Source: Vicugna vicugna
Taxonomy: Eukaryota
Direction of reading: 5' to 3'
NCBI GenBank assembly: GCA_013265495.1
Contig: MU061578.1
Span: forward strand, 2,427,308-2,491,307
Length of the DNA stretch: 64,000 bases
The notes beneath the pieces are model-generated. The model saw nothing but the letters and a program-made list of their open reading frames with translations, had not been told where the DNA came from and made no database searches. The position numbers and the translations under genes are program-made. This document shows, piece by piece, positions 62,946 to 64,000 of the stretch. How positions within the stretch are numbered: the first letter of the stretch is position 1; the number at the start of each line of letters is the position of its first letter.

Positions 62946-64000
62946 TCTATATCTATTTTAAATGCATCAGAGGAACTTGATATTTAAAAAATATATATTG
63001 CGTATTCCTGCAGAAAGAGTCATTTTACTTTATCCTTCTCATAAAATTCGAATGATTGTGCATCTGCTCTTTTTTAAAAACAGACAGGTACTTTGGGGGC
63101 ATTAGGCAGCTTTATGCACTTCTTTTATGTTTGTTCCTATGACGTGGGCGTTGACAGAATTCCGCCTTATGTCAGGAAGAAATGGGTGATCTTCCGTGCT
63201 GTGAGAGCGTGGGGAGGTGGCACTCTCTTCCACACTGGTCGGGGCAGAGATCGGTACCACCCTGCTGGTGGGCAGGCAATCAGGCAAAACAGATCAAGAG
63301 CCATCACCCTGTCTGACTATCTATTTCTTGTTCAGTAAAATTAGGTGGACAGCTACAGTCTCCCCTCCCCTTCTCTTTAGGCTGGATGAACTCAGTAAAG
63401 CTGGATGGCTCTCAAAGATAAATGCCTGGCCCTTCTCAGAAAGACAATTAATGAGCTCAGAGGCTGCTTAAATGGAGATGAAATGTGAGATTAACAGACG
63501 CAAGGCCATCTATCCACCCTGCCAACAGACTACCTCCTCCTTGCTGTGCTGTTTCATTAGACACCGCCAAGGAAACCCACCAAATGCACTGTGGCTATCA
63601 GGTCTATTTTTGAGATAATTACAAGGCTCCGGCCTGGATCCACTTAAAGGCAGAAATATGGGACAGAGAAGGATTAAGGTGAACTCTACCCCTTTCTCCT
63701 CTGCTGAAAATGCCCCAACAGGCTTTAAAGGGAAGAGAAAACTGCATGAAACTTTCATCAGAGCCTGGTGGGTTGCTGCAGGAACTGTGGGTCACAAAGT
63801 TCTAATTCTGAACAGTGCCCAATACAGTAGTGAGACACCGGCCCTCCCTGCAGGCTGGCCTCCTCACCCACCCGCTCTGCTCTCCACAACTGGGAACACA
63901 AGTGCCTTAAGGGGAAGGAAGTAGTGTGGAGTGAGGGACAGAAGGAAAGAGGGGGAAGGAGTGGCAGATCTCAGTGCAGGGCAGGGTCTTGTGTCTCTAA

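Noticed and set aside
1..64000. Host gene identity, tRNA, rRNA or other structured RNA genes
   Set aside because: No sequence I can recognise; tRNA-like boxes are MIR heads. Naming a gene would be a guess.

Overview
This is mammalian (eutherian) nuclear DNA that is repeat-rich and essentially non-coding (gene desert or large intron). It is not prokaryotic: there are no operons, CRISPR arrays or recognisable RNA genes, and none of the listed ORFs is a credible intact gene. The window is a mosaic of ancient interspersed repeats: a ~3.8 kb decayed L1 at the left end, L1 3' ends, L2, many MIRs, MaLR (MLT1) LTRs and internal sequence, and hAT-type MER elements. Repeat-free blocks that look like conserved regulatory sequence lie between them. 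I saw no Alu, ruminant, pig, carnivore or horse SINEs, and a young L1 tail resembles cetartiodactyl L1s, so a camelid genome is my inference. The most notable observations are: (1) an ~800 bp internally deleted Mutator-like (MULE) DNA transposon at 59714-60511 that still encodes FLYWCH-like and catalytic-glutamate motif remnants; (2) a near-perfect ~458 bp tandem duplication at 31704-32620; (3) a 99 bp non-L1 retroposed insert with a perfect 16 bp target-site duplication at 16179-16309; and (4) several isolated minus-strand exon-like units (39, 32 and 11 nt) that may belong to an unidentified host transcript. Repeat family names were assigned by eye from remembered consensus sequences and boundaries are approximate unless TSDs are quoted; all need RepeatMasker/Dfam confirmation. 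I see no evidence for a novel multi-gene system.
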